Assembly (NCBI GenBank): GCA_963842085.1
Contig: CAWJET010000001.1
Span: 2,400,001 to 2,464,000 of the forward strand
DNA from: an uncultured delta proteobacterium
GTDB lineage: Bacteria > Desulfobacterota > Binatia > Binatales > Binataceae
Length of the DNA: 64,000 nt
Direction: 5' to 3'
Below the pieces are notes generated by a model. It had not been told where the DNA came from. It ran no database searches and saw only the letters and a list, made by a program, of their open reading frames with translations. A program made the position numbers and the translations under genes. Each line of letters begins with the position of its first letter. The first letter of the stretch is position 1. Shown here piece after piece: positions 1-9,941 of this stretch.

Positions 1-628
1 CGCATTTTAGTTCGCGCTTGCCGTCGCTCGTCGGGCGCGTGCCGAACTCGCAATAGTCGCGCAGGATGTCCTTTCGCCAGGTGTTATAGGGCGGCTTGCT
101 CTCGAAGTTCGAGTACATGGCCTCGACGCTGTCGAAAATGCGCCTGCGCTTCAGGGTCCGTTCGATAAACGGATTGCGCCATCCGAGCTCCGGCGCGGTC
201 GGCGACTCGAAGATCACCGGCTCAACGAGCACCGCGCGAGAGATCAGGTCCGGGCGCTCGCAGGCAAGCGAGCCGATCGCCGTCGCGCCTGCAGAGTGCC
301 CAACCGCCCGAACACTCGGCCAGCCCGTAGCTCTTATGAACCCTTCGAGGTCCCGCATCGTCCAGTCCCAGTTGTAGTCGCCACCAGGCGCCGCCGAACT
401 GTCGCCGTGGCCGCGCTGGTCGTAGCTGTACACATGACCGATCGCGCGCAACCGCTCTGCGAGCGGCCGATAGATGCGCCCGAGCAGCCCGGTAGCATGC
501 AGGATCACAATCGGTGTGCCGTCGCCGCCCCAGTCCAGCGTATGTAATCGGATGCCGTTGACGTTCACGAAGCTCGACTCCGGTTCCCCGAATTTCGAGT
601 TGATGCCGCGGGATTTGATTTTTTCCAT
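1..628 (-). CDS. alpha/beta hydrolase (partial, runs off window start)
   Basis: Translated by hand from ATG 628: MEKIKSRG...LHTLDWGG...ILHATG...YDQRGHGDS...GHSAG nucleophile elbow. Absent from the ORF track. Confidence 0.85.
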   Translation of the reverse strand, partial: MEKIKSRGINSKFGEPESSFVNVNGIRLHTLDWGGDGTPIVILHATGLLGRIYRPLAERLRAIGHVYSYDQRGHGDSSAAPGGDYNWDWTMRDLEGFIRATGWPSVRAVGHSAGATAIGSLACERPDLISRAVLVEPVIFESPTAPELGWRNPFIERTLKRRRIFDSVEAMYSNFESKPPYNTWRKDILRDYCEFGTRPTSDGKRELKC

Positions 629-729
629 GTTTGAAGGAATCGATTGTCAGGGCATGACTTGCGCGATGTCAAGCGTGAGCTCGCGCCGCGCGTTGCGCGC
701 CCATCGGCTTTGCGATTAGCTCATCGTTC

Positions 730-3189
730 ATGGCTCGGCTGGCACCGCAAGGAAAATACCTCTTCGACGGCGCGCAAAAATTTTACCTTCGCGGCGTTTC
801 CTATGGTCCGTTTGCTCTGAATTCCCGCGGCGAAAGATATCCCGAGCCCGAGCGCGCCGCCGCCGACTTCGCGCTGATGAGCCGGCTCGGCGCCAACGTG
901 ATTCGTCTTTACGTTCCACCGCCACCGTGGATGCTCGAGGAGGCGCAAAAGGCCGGACTGCGCATGATGCTCGGCATTCCGTGGCCCTTTCACATGGCGT
1001 TTCTGGACTCGCGCGACATGATGCGCGAAATCCGCGACGCGATCCGCAAAACAGTTCTCGAGACGCGCCAATTCGGCGAGACCATCGCCGCCTACAGCAT
1101 CGGCAACGAGATTCGATCGGATATCGTGCGCTGGCACGGGCCGCGCGCCGTCAGCCGCTTTCTCGCCGAACTCCGCGACCTCGGTAAGCAGATCGATCCC
1201 GGCGCGCTTTTCACCTACTCGAACTATCCGTCCGCAGAATACCTTGATCTGAGTTTTCTCGATTTCATTTCGTTCAATGTGTATCTGCATCGCGAAGAAG
1301 ACTTCCGCCGTTACCTGACGCATCTGATGGGACAAGCCGGCGAGTTGCCCTTGGTGCTCAGCGAATCCGGCATGGATACGATTCGCGAAGGCGAGGAGCA
1401 TCAAGCAGACCTCCTTTCATGGCAGTGCCGCGCGGCATTCGAGCTCGGCCTGTCCGGCTTCATCGTGTTCGCCTTCACCGACGAATGGCACACTGGCGGC
1501 GCCGAGATTACCGACTGGGCATTCGGACTGACCCGCCGCGATCGCTCGCCTAAACTTGCCTTCGACGCGGTCGCCAGAGTCTTCAGCGACCATCTGCCGC
1601 CTCCGCTTGCGGCCGCTCCCAAAGCGACCGTGGTGGTTGCCGCTTATAATGCGGCCTCGACGCTCGGCGAATGTCTCTCGTCGATTCGGGCGCTTAGCTA
1701 TCCGGACTACGAAACGATTGTCATCGATGACGGCTCGACCGACTCGACTTCCGAAATCGCCGGCCAGTCAGGAGTCCGCAAGATTCGCGTCGAGCACAAT
1801 GGCCTGGCCGCAGCGCGCAACGCAGGCGTCGATGCCGCTTCTAATGAAAGCGAAATCGTCGCGTTCATCGACGCCGATGCACGCGCCGATCGCGACTGGC
1901 TGTATCATCTGGTTGAGACGATCAAGCGCCGCGATGCGGCCGCGGCGGCCGGCCCGAATTTCGCTCCCGATCCACAATCCGAAGGCGCCGCGGCGATGGC
2001 CGCCGCGCCTGGCCTGCCGCGCGAGGTGCGGGCCGGCGACGACCGCCTCGCGCAACTGTGCGGATGCAATATGGCAATCACCAAGGCCGCGCTGCGGAAG
2101 GTCGGCCGCTTCGATCCGATGTTTACCGCCGCCGGCGACGACGTGGATCTTTCCTGGCGTCTCGCGGCGTCGAACGAAACGCTCGCGTACGCTCCGGGAG
2201 CGGTCGTGATTCACGAGCGCCGCGCGACGCTCGCTGCCTATCTCCGCCAGCAACGCGGCTACGGCATCGGCGAGGGCTTGCTGTTCCGCAAATATCCACT
2301 TCGCATCGCGGACCAGGACGCAATGTACGCAGGCCCGTCATGGATCGGTTCGCTCCTCGGCGGGGCACGCATTTACTACGGCGCTTTCGGTCGCGGCCTC
2401 TTTCAGACGGTTTATTCTGCGGGTAGCTCGTACGCCGATCTGCCACTGACTATTCAATGGATCGGACTGTCGCTGATCTTTCTTATCCTCGGCGCCATCA
2501 ACCGCTTGCTGGGCGTGCTTGGCGCAGGTGGAATCGGGCTCTCAATATTGACCGCCGCGGCGAGAGCAGCATCCGCGCCCCTGCCGCGCGCGCATTCCGG
2601 ACCAGCGGCACGAATCTATCTATGGATCGTCAATTTGCTCGGCCCGCCGGTTCGCAGCCTCGCGCGCGAGCGTGTCAAATGGCGATTCGAACCCGCCGGT
2701 GCCAGTGCCGAGCGCAACGGTCAGATCAAATTACACGGCCAGATAGGATTGGTCGCGTCCGCAGGCGTCGCGAAGATCGAGTCCGCGACGATCCTCGCCG
2801 CTATCCGCAACGCACTGATTCGCCGCGGCGTCGTCGTCGCCGAGACCGACGGCTTCCAGTCCTATGATCTCGAGCTGGTCGTTGCGCCCATGATTCGCGT
2901 GCCGATAAACGCGCTGCGGAGCGACTCCACAATCGCACTGCTTTGGCGCATTCGATCGGCGCCGCGACGTGCGCTGATCGCCGCGGCAATCAGTCTGCTT
3001 GTATTGCTGGCCGCGGGATTCTCGCTACGCGCGGCGATCCTCCTCGTAACGGGCGCCGCGATGGGAGTAGGGATTTTCGCGCTCACGCGTGCGCGGCGCA
3101 TTCCCGCGATCATCGCCGCCTGCGCCGCCGAAGTCGCTGGCTCGCTTGGAATCTCAGTCGCAGCGCGCCCCGAAGGCGAAACTCGATGA
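730..3189 (+). CDS. Fusion of GH-A clan (GH2/GH5-like) TIM barrel, GT2 glycosyltransferase and C-terminal TM helices
   Basis: IGNEI acid/base and LSESG nucleophile motifs; GT2 motifs DDGS, DAD, GDDVD, QQRGY; hydrophobic C-terminus. Confidence 0.85.
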   Translation: MARLAPQGKYLFDGAQKFYLRGVSYGPFALNSRGERYPEPERAAADFALMSRLGANVIRLYVPPPPWMLEEAQKAGLRMMLGIPWPFHMAFLDSRDMMREIRDAIRKTVLETRQFGETIAAYSIGNEIRSDIVRWHGPRAVSRFLAELRDLGKQIDPGALFTYSNYPSAEYLDLSFLDFISFNVYLHREEDFRRYLTHLMGQAGELPLVLSESGMDTIREGEEHQADLLSWQCRAAFELGLSGFIVFAFTDEWHTGGAEITDWAFGLTRRDRSPKLAFDAVARVFSDHLPPPLAAAPKATVVVAAYNAASTLGECLSSIRALSYPDYETIVIDDGSTDSTSEIAGQSGVRKIRVEHNGLAAARNAGVDAASNESEIVAFIDADARADRDWLYHLVETIKRRDAAAAAGPNFAPDPQSEGAAAMAAAPGLPREVRAGDDRLAQLCGCNMAITKAALRKVGRFDPMFTAAGDDVDLSWRLAASNETLAYAPGAVVIHERRATLAAYLRQQRGYGIGEGLLFRKYPLRIADQDAMYAGPSWIGSLLGGARIYYGAFGRGLFQTVYSAGSSYADLPLTIQWIGLSLIFLILGAINRLLGVLGAGGIGLSILTAAARAASAPLPRAHSGPAARIYLWIVNLLGPPVRSLARERVKWRFEPAGASAERNGQIKLHGQIGLVASAGVAKIESATILAAIRNALIRRGVVVAETDGFQSYDLELVVAPMIRVPINALRSDSTIALLWRIRSAPRRALIAAAISLLVLLAAGFSLRAAILLVTGAAMGVGIFALTRARRIPAIIAACAAEVAGSLGISVAARPEGETR

Positions 3190-4964
3190 GCACGCTCGAA
3201 CTCTACGGCCACGCGATCCGCAGGATGCGCCCGCATCTCGGCCGTCTCGCAATCGCCATCGCCGGCGTGCTGCTCGCCTCCGCGACCGAAGTCCTCAAGC
3301 CGTGGCCGCTCAAGATTGTAATCGACAACGTGCTGCGCGGCGCGCCGCTCACGAGCTCCTGGATTCCGCCGATGCCGCGCGCCGAGCTTCTCATCGCGGC
3401 GTGCGTCAGCCTCGTCATCCTGTACGCGCTGCTCGGCCTGCTCAACGTCATGACCAACTACGTCACCATCTCGATCGGCCAGCGCATGGTCAACGAGTTG
3501 CGCGCGCGCCTGTTTGACCACCTGCAGCGCCTCTCGCTCTCATTCCATCGCCGCCGCGAAGTCGGCGACCTGATGGTGCGCATCACCTACGACACCTACT
3601 CGATTCAAACGATCGCGATGAACGGCTTCTTTCCGGTCTTGTCGTCGCTGATCCTGCTCGGTGGCATGTTCGTCGTGATGATCAAGATGGACGCGATACT
3701 GACGCTCGTCGCGCTCGCGATCATCCCGCTGCTGATTCTTCTGATCATGTCGATTAGCGGCCGCATCGACGCCATCGCCGGCGGCGCGCGCATCAAGGAG
3801 AGCCGTCTGTTCACCGTCGCGCAGAGCGCACTCGCCGCCATTCACGTGGTGCAGGCCTTCACGCGCGAGGGCGAGTCCTACCGCGAGTTCGTCGAGTCGA
3901 GCAGCGCGAGCCTGAACGCGACGCTCCGCCTGTACACGCTGCAAACGCTCTACGCCGGCGCGGTCGGCGTGTTGATCGCGTGCGGCACCGCGGTCGTGAT
4001 TTACCTGGGCGCGGAGCACGTCCTCGACGGCCGCCTCACGATCGGCGACCTGATCGTTTTCACCACTTATCTTGCCTCGCTCTACGCGCCGGTGAATCAG
4101 ATCTCCCAGACCTACGGACAGATCGAGGGCGCCAAGGCGGGGCTCCGGCGATGCCTCGAATTGCTCGCGATCGATCCCGAAATCAAGGATCGTGCGGGCG
4201 CGCAGGCGCTCGGCCGCGCGCGCGGCGAGGTCGAATTCGACAATGTCGTATTCGGCTACGAACCCGGCCGAACGGTCCTCAAGGGGATCAGCTTCAAGGC
4301 GTCGCCCGGCGAGACTATCGCGATCGTCGGTCCGAGCGGTTCCGGAAAAACCACGATGGCCAGTCTGCTCGCGCGCTTTTACGAACCGCAGAGCGGCGCG
4401 ATCAAGATTGACGGCAACGACACCCGCTACCTGACCCTCGATTCGCTTCGCGGCAACATCGGCATGGTTCTGCAACCGCCGCTCGTGCTTGGCGACACGC
4501 TGCGCGTCAACGTCGCGTTCGGGAAGCCTGCCGTTGACGACGCGAACGTGCTCCGCGCGATCGAGATGGCGCGTCTCGGACCGGTGCTCGCCAAGCTGCC
4601 GGCCGGCCTCGACGAAGTGATCGGGCAGGGCGGTCACAGTCTCTCCGAGGGCGAGGCGCAGCGCGTGACGATCGCGCGCGCGCTGCTGAAAGACGCGCCG
4701 ATTCTGATTATGGACGAGCCGACCAGCGCGCTCGACGCCGAGACCGAATCGATGGTGCTGGCCGCCGTGCGCGAAGCGATGCGCGGGCGCACCACGCTCG
4801 TGATCGCGCACCGGCTTTCGACCGTTCAGAATGCCGATCGGATACTGGTGCTGCGCGACGGGGCAATCGTCGAGCATGGATCGTTCGACGAATTGCTGGC
4901 TCGCGGCGGTTTCTTCAGCTACCTCTACAACATCCAGGCGTGGAGTCGCGAAGCCGCGGGCTAG
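3186..4964 (+). CDS. ABC exporter, fused TMD and ATPase (MsbA/NdvA-like)
   Basis: ATGA overlap with upstream gene; Walker A GPSGSGKT, LSEGE signature, ILIMDE, IAHRLST. Confidence 0.92.
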   Translation: MSTLELYGHAIRRMRPHLGRLAIAIAGVLLASATEVLKPWPLKIVIDNVLRGAPLTSSWIPPMPRAELLIAACVSLVILYALLGLLNVMTNYVTISIGQRMVNELRARLFDHLQRLSLSFHRRREVGDLMVRITYDTYSIQTIAMNGFFPVLSSLILLGGMFVVMIKMDAILTLVALAIIPLLILLIMSISGRIDAIAGGARIKESRLFTVAQSALAAIHVVQAFTREGESYREFVESSSASLNATLRLYTLQTLYAGAVGVLIACGTAVVIYLGAEHVLDGRLTIGDLIVFTTYLASLYAPVNQISQTYGQIEGAKAGLRRCLELLAIDPEIKDRAGAQALGRARGEVEFDNVVFGYEPGRTVLKGISFKASPGETIAIVGPSGSGKTTMASLLARFYEPQSGAIKIDGNDTRYLTLDSLRGNIGMVLQPPLVLGDTLRVNVAFGKPAVDDANVLRAIEMARLGPVLAKLPAGLDEVIGQGGHSLSEGEAQRVTIARALLKDAPILIMDEPTSALDAETESMVLAAVREAMRGRTTLVIAHRLSTVQNADRILVLRDGAIVEHGSFDELLARGGFFSYLYNIQAWSREAAG

Positions 4965-4973
4965 ATATTTCAG

Positions 4974-5579
4974 ATGCTGACAATTGGTCTCACCGGTGGA
5001 ATCGGTTCGGGCAAGAGCACCGTCGCGCAGATTCTCGGCCAGTTCGGCGCGCCGATTCTTGACGCCGACAAAGTCGCGCACACCACTTACGCGCCCGGCG
5101 CTCCCGCCTACAACGCCGTCATCGATGCCTTCGGCGCGGAGATCGTCGCTCCCGATCGCACGATCGATCGCCGCAAGCTCGGCTCCATCGTGTTTGGAAA
5201 TCCCGAGCGGCTTAACCGGCTGACGTCGATCGTATGGCCCGCGACGTTCGAGAGCATCCGCCGCAACGTTGCCGACTTGCGTGCGAGCGGCGCCACGCAG
5301 CCGATCGTCGTCGAGGCCGCGATTTTGATCGAGGCGAAGTGGCAGCCGCTGTTCGACGAAATCTGGCTGGTGCGCGCCTCGCGCGAGCAAGTCGTCGCCC
5401 GCATCGAGAGCCAGCGCGGGCTCAAACCTGCCGAGACCGAAGCGCGAATTCGCGCGCAGTTGTCCGACGAGGAACGCGCAAAGCACGCTACCCTGGTAAT
5501 CGAAAACGACGGCTCACTCGACCAACTCCGCGAGCTGCTCAAAGAGGTCTGGGCCAAAGCACTCAAGCGCAACGGTTAG
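4974..5579 (+). CDS. coaE: dephospho-CoA kinase
   Basis: IGLTGGIGSGKST, DAD, IDRRKLG, RIRAQLS motifs. Confidence 0.95.
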   Translation: MLTIGLTGGIGSGKSTVAQILGQFGAPILDADKVAHTTYAPGAPAYNAVIDAFGAEIVAPDRTIDRRKLGSIVFGNPERLNRLTSIVWPATFESIRRNVADLRASGATQPIVVEAAILIEAKWQPLFDEIWLVRASREQVVARIESQRGLKPAETEARIRAQLSDEERAKHATLVIENDGSLDQLRELLKEVWAKALKRNG

Positions 5580-6352
5580 GCACGAAGCGCGGCCAGCACT
5601 GCAAATGTAACGACCTCAACCAGAGCGCATCCCCCCGCCAGCGTATAGCCCGACGCCCCGCCCATCCGGCGGCTCAGCACCAGGCGCATTGCCAGAATCG
5701 TCAGAGCCAGCGCGACGATCACCGCTAGCCCGACGTTTTGATACAACCCCATCGTAAGTCCCAGCGCGACCACGCTCGAGACGGCAAACTCGCGAAACGA
5801 AATGCCGCCTTCGTACGGGACGCCGAGCCCCCAATGCTCCAGCGGCCTCAGCCCGTAGCCGATCGGGATGATCGCCCATCGCGACAGCATCATCGCCATC
5901 ACCAGCGCGCCTGCCCGGCCGGCGTCGCCGGAAATTCGCGACAAGCACCAGACCTCGAATGCGAACGCTGCCACCGCCGCGCTCACCCCCACCGGTCCGA
6001 TTCGCGCCAACCCCGTCGATGCCGGCCGCGTGCCCCGGCGAAGTACCTCGACCGTGTCCGCGACCCCGCGATTCGCCAGCCCCAGTGAAAGAGCAGCTCC
6101 CATAATCAGCACGACGAACGAGCGTCCGGCCGGTCCCGCCACCAGGCCGGCGGCTCGATCGGCAATCGCGAGAACCGCTCCTAGGACGAATCCAATAATG
6201 GGAAAATAGACCATCGCGCGCGAGCGCTGTGCGGCGGTGCCCTGCGATCTTTCGTCGAGAATCGGCCACAGCGTCAGAGTCGCGGCCGCCAGCACTGCTT
6301 CGAACAGCAGTTCACGTACGCCCGGAAGACTCGTTTCGCTCGTCGATTCCAT
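5576..6352 (-). CDS. cobS: adenosylcobinamide-GDP ribazoletransferase-like membrane protein (divergent)
   Basis: YFPIIG, GVADTVE, IGPVGV, SRW, GGASG resemble CobS motifs, several degenerate. Confidence 0.7.
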   Translation of the reverse strand: MESTSETSLPGVRELLFEAVLAAATLTLWPILDERSQGTAAQRSRAMVYFPIIGFVLGAVLAIADRAAGLVAGPAGRSFVVLIMGAALSLGLANRGVADTVEVLRRGTRPASTGLARIGPVGVSAAVAAFAFEVWCLSRISGDAGRAGALVMAMMLSRWAIIPIGYGLRPLEHWGLGVPYEGGISFREFAVSSVVALGLTMGLYQNVGLAVIVALALTILAMRLVLSRRMGGASGYTLAGGCALVEVVTFAVLAALRA

Positions 6353-6427
6353 CGTGACCGCAGTTCAGGAGTTGATTACAACAGATCGCGGCAAGGCTAC
6401 GATAGGCACAGTGAAAAAAGTGAAAAA

Positions 6428-7342
6428 ATGAAAATCCTGGTGATGGGCGCGGGCGCAGTGGGAGCCTACTTCGGCGCGCGGCTGAGGGCGTCCGGCGAGG
6501 ACGTCGTACTGTGTGCGCGCGGCGAAAATCTGCGCGCGATTCGCGCGCACGGCCTCGACATCACCAGCATCGGCGGCGATCTGCGAATCGATGTCAGCGC
6601 GACCGACACGCCGCGCGATTTCGCGCCGTACGATCTGATCCTGCTCTGCGTGAAGGCTTATGACACCGATGCGGCCGCCGATGCGATCTCAGGATGCCTC
6701 AAGCCGGGCGGTGCGATTCTCACGCTGCAGAACGGCGTCGAGAACGAAGTGAAGCTGGCCGCGATCTTCGGCCGCGAGGCCGTCATGGGCGGCAACGCTC
6801 GCGTCGGCGTCGAGATGGTCGCGCCGGGTAAAATCGTTCACCTCAGTAGCGGCCACATCGACTTCGGCGAACTCGACGGGCGCGAGACTGAGCGAGCGAG
6901 GAAGATCGCAGACGTGTTTCGACGCGCCGGGATTCTCGGCGAACTCTCAGCCGACATCATGACCGCGCGATGGGACAAGCTGATCTGGAACGGCGCGTTC
7001 AACACTGTGACGACCCTGACGCGCCGGCATGTCGGTGAAGTTCTCGACGATCCCGAAGGCGTGAAGCTGTTGCGCACGATGATGCAGGAGATCGTCAACG
7101 TCGCGCGCGCTGAGGGTGCGCGGATTTCCGACGACCGCGTCGAGGCGTATTTTGCACACTCACAAAAGAACCTGCGTGCGCTCAAGACCTCGACCCAGCA
7201 GGATCTCGTACGCGGCAAAGCTCTCGAATATGAAGCTCTGAGCGGTGCCGTAGTGCGCGCCGCCCGCCGCCACAACATCGATGTCCCAGCGGTCGAAACC
7301 GTCTACGCGCTGTTGCGATTACTAGACGGCGCTCCAAAGTGA
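6428..7342 (+). CDS. panE: ketopantoate reductase family
   Basis: GAGAVG, CVKAYD, LQNG, WDKL, STQQD, EYEALSG. Confidence 0.9.
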   Translation: MKILVMGAGAVGAYFGARLRASGEDVVLCARGENLRAIRAHGLDITSIGGDLRIDVSATDTPRDFAPYDLILLCVKAYDTDAAADAISGCLKPGGAILTLQNGVENEVKLAAIFGREAVMGGNARVGVEMVAPGKIVHLSSGHIDFGELDGRETERARKIADVFRRAGILGELSADIMTARWDKLIWNGAFNTVTTLTRRHVGEVLDDPEGVKLLRTMMQEIVNVARAEGARISDDRVEAYFAHSQKNLRALKTSTQQDLVRGKALEYEALSGAVVRAARRHNIDVPAVETVYALLRLLDGAPK

Positions 7343-7343
7343 A

Positions 7344-8063
7344 TTACCTCTTCTCGAACTGCTTGTTGCCGAACAGTATCTCCCACGATTTCTTGTCGCC
7401 GGCCGGCTGATTCGCCGCCGCCGCCGCGCGCATCTTCTCGACGACGTCGCTCATCACGGCAAAGCCGCGCTGAGTCGCCGCGCGTGCGCGCAATTCGTCG
7501 TACCATTTTTTCAGGTTCGGAAAATCCTCGAGGTTCTGTCCCTGCATCGAATGCGGCACCAGCCACGGGTAAGTCGCGATATCGGCGATCGAGTACTCGC
7601 CCGCCAGGTATTTCGCTTCTCCCAGCCGCTTGTCGATGACGCCGTAGATGCGCCTGGCCTCGTTGGTGTAGCGGTTGATCGCGTACTCGATCTTCTCGGG
7701 CGCGTAGCGGCGGAAGTGATGCGCCTGGCCAAGCATCGGGCCGACGCTCGCCATCTGGAACATCAGCCACTGGATCACATTGTACTTTCCGCGCGTGTCC
7801 GACGGCATCAGCTTGCCGGTCTTCTCCGCCAGGTACATCAGGATCGCACCCGACTCGAACATCGAAATCGGCTTGCCGCCGGGACCGTCGGGATCGGTTA
7901 TCGCGGGCATCCGATTGTTCGGGCTGATTTTCAGGAACTCGGGTTTGAACTGGTCGCCCGCACCGATATTGACCGGGATCACATTGTACTTGAGAGCGAC
8001 CTCCTCGAGCATCCAGGTGATCTTGTAGCCGTTGGGCGTTGGCCAGAAATATAGGTCGATCAT
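7344..8063 (-). CDS. glutathione S-transferase / disulfide oxidoreductase (YfcG/YghU-like)
   Basis: TPNG, ISPNNRMP, FESGAIL, SIADIA. Confidence 0.92.
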   Translation of the reverse strand: MIDLYFWPTPNGYKITWMLEEVALKYNVIPVNIGAGDQFKPEFLKISPNNRMPAITDPDGPGGKPISMFESGAILMYLAEKTGKLMPSDTRGKYNVIQWLMFQMASVGPMLGQAHHFRRYAPEKIEYAINRYTNEARRIYGVIDKRLGEAKYLAGEYSIADIATYPWLVPHSMQGQNLEDFPNLKKWYDELRARAATQRGFAVMSDVVEKMRAAAAANQPAGDKKSWEILFGNKQFEKR

Positions 8064-8261
8064 CCGCGACTCCTTTTGTGACTAATCGAAGCGACCCGTC
8101 CGTTTCATAATGCAACTTGGATCAGTCCAGCCGGCGACGCAACACCAAAATCAGCAAAGGCTCGCAAGCCTAGCTCGGCATTCGCCTCAAAATGCAGCGA
8201 TGGTAAACTTAGAGAAAGCACCCGTTCAGGTTACGACTGTCGTTTGAAGAGGAACATTCTC

Positions 8262-9116
8262 ATGCAAACGATCCACTACCGCGCTGCCGATGTTAATGGT
8301 CTGAAGATTTCGTATCGCGAAGCCGGTCGGACGGACGCTCCGACATTGCTCTTGTTGCACGGCTTTCCGAGCGCCGGCCACATGTTCCGCGATTTGATTC
8401 CACTTCTCGCCGACAGCTTTCACCTCGTGGCGCCTGACCTGCCGGGCTTTGGTCAGTCGGACCTGCCGCCACGCCACACGTTCAAATACACGTTCGAGAA
8501 CCTCGCCGAGACGATCGACCGTTTCACCGACAATATCGGGCTGAAACGCTTCGCGATCTACATCTTTGATTACGGCGCTCCCGTGGGCTTGAGGATTGCT
8601 CTAAAGCATCCGGAACGCATATCTGCCATCGTCTCCCAGAACGGCAACGCCTACGAGGAAGGGTTGAGCGACGGCTGGAACCCGATCCGGGCATATTGGG
8701 AAGACCCATCGCAGGCGAACCGCGACGCGCTCCGCGCCTTCCTCAAGCCCGAGACCACCGTCTGGCAATACACGCACGGCGTCTCCGACGTGACAAGGGT
8801 TTCGCCCGACGGCTACTCGCTCGATAATTTCTACTTGGCCCGGCCTGGTGCGGATGAGCTGCAGCTCGACCTATTCGGTGATTACAAGAGCAACGTCGCG
8901 CTTTACCCGGCTTTCCAGAGGTATTTCCGAGACCACAAGCCGCCATTTCTGGCCGTATGGGGAAAGAACGACCCGTTCTTCCTGCCGCCCGGCGCGGAGG
9001 CCTTCAAGCGGGATATTCCCGGCGCACTCGTGCGCTTCTTCGATACCGGGCACTTCGCGCTCGAGACGCACGCCGCCGAGATCGCGGCGGCGATCCGCGA
9101 TTTTCTTAGTGGCTGA
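8262..9116 (+). CDS. alpha/beta hydrolase (epoxide hydrolase/dehalogenase type)
   Basis: HGFP, PDLPGFG, FDYGAP (Asp nucleophile), GHFALE; GAGGA SD before ATG 8262. Confidence 0.9.
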   Translation: MQTIHYRAADVNGLKISYREAGRTDAPTLLLLHGFPSAGHMFRDLIPLLADSFHLVAPDLPGFGQSDLPPRHTFKYTFENLAETIDRFTDNIGLKRFAIYIFDYGAPVGLRIALKHPERISAIVSQNGNAYEEGLSDGWNPIRAYWEDPSQANRDALRAFLKPETTVWQYTHGVSDVTRVSPDGYSLDNFYLARPGADELQLDLFGDYKSNVALYPAFQRYFRDHKPPFLAVWGKNDPFFLPPGAEAFKRDIPGALVRFFDTGHFALETHAAEIAAAIRDFLSG

Positions 9117-9231
9117 TTTCGCAACTCGGTGCGCCGACACCTCGCGCGAATTGGCCCGCAGCCGCAGATCCTCGGCGCAAACTTGCACGACGTCGCCGAT
9201 CAGTTGATCGCGCAGCACGAGGAGAGAACCA

Positions 9232-9924
9232 ATGCCTGAGAATGTGAGTGTTGTACTGGTGCACGGTGCCTGGGCTGACGGATCGAGTTGGGCCAAAGTC
9301 ATCGGACCGCTGGCGGCCGAAGGCATCAAGGTACTCGCGGCTCCGTTACCCCTGACGTCGTTTGCTGAGGATACGGCGGCGGTTGAGCGCACGCTGGAGC
9401 GAGCTTCGGGGCCGGTCGTTCTTGTGGGTCACGCCTACGCTGGGGCTGTGATCGCGGCTGCGCGGAGTGAGAAGGTGAAGGCGCTTGTTTACGTTGCCGC
9501 CCTTGCGCCGGACGAGGGCGAGACTGTCGCCGATGTCTTCTATCGTGCCAAGCCTCATCCGCTGGCTCCAAAGTTGGCCCCGGACAATCATGGATTGATC
9601 TATCTGCCGGACGAGTCATTCGCCGCGGCGTTCGCGCAGAATGCCTCGGCTGATGAATTGGTGCTGCTGTCCGCGGTTCAGCGGCCGATTTCGGCTGCAT
9701 GCATCACCGTGCCTGTGAATCGGCCACTCTGGAAAGACCGCCCGACCTGGTTTCTCATAGCGGAGCAGGACCGCATGATCGTCCACGACACGCAGCGCTT
9801 CATGGCGGAGCGGATGCACGCAAGCGTGCGGTCGCATCCGGTAGACCACGCGCCAATCGTTACTGCGCCTGGCCTCGTCGTCGACATTATACGCGAGGCC
9901 ATTGGCGAAGCGATCAGCGGCTGA
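9232..9924 (+). CDS. alpha/beta hydrolase fold protein with Ala at the nucleophile position
   Basis: LVHGAWADGSSW, GHAYAG, DHAP; GAGGAG SD. Confidence 0.88.
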   Translation: MPENVSVVLVHGAWADGSSWAKVIGPLAAEGIKVLAAPLPLTSFAEDTAAVERTLERASGPVVLVGHAYAGAVIAAARSEKVKALVYVAALAPDEGETVADVFYRAKPHPLAPKLAPDNHGLIYLPDESFAAAFAQNASADELVLLSAVQRPISAACITVPVNRPLWKDRPTWFLIAEQDRMIVHDTQRFMAERMHASVRSHPVDHAPIVTAPGLVVDIIREAIGEAISG

Positions 9925-9941
9925 TCGCCAGGGTTCCAAGG

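Noticed and set aside
3540-5486. Long antisense and off-frame ORFs (also 11143-13029, 29517-31352, 40278-43797, 52559-54220)
   Set aside because: They shadow well-supported genes, are expected at high GC, and show no motifs.
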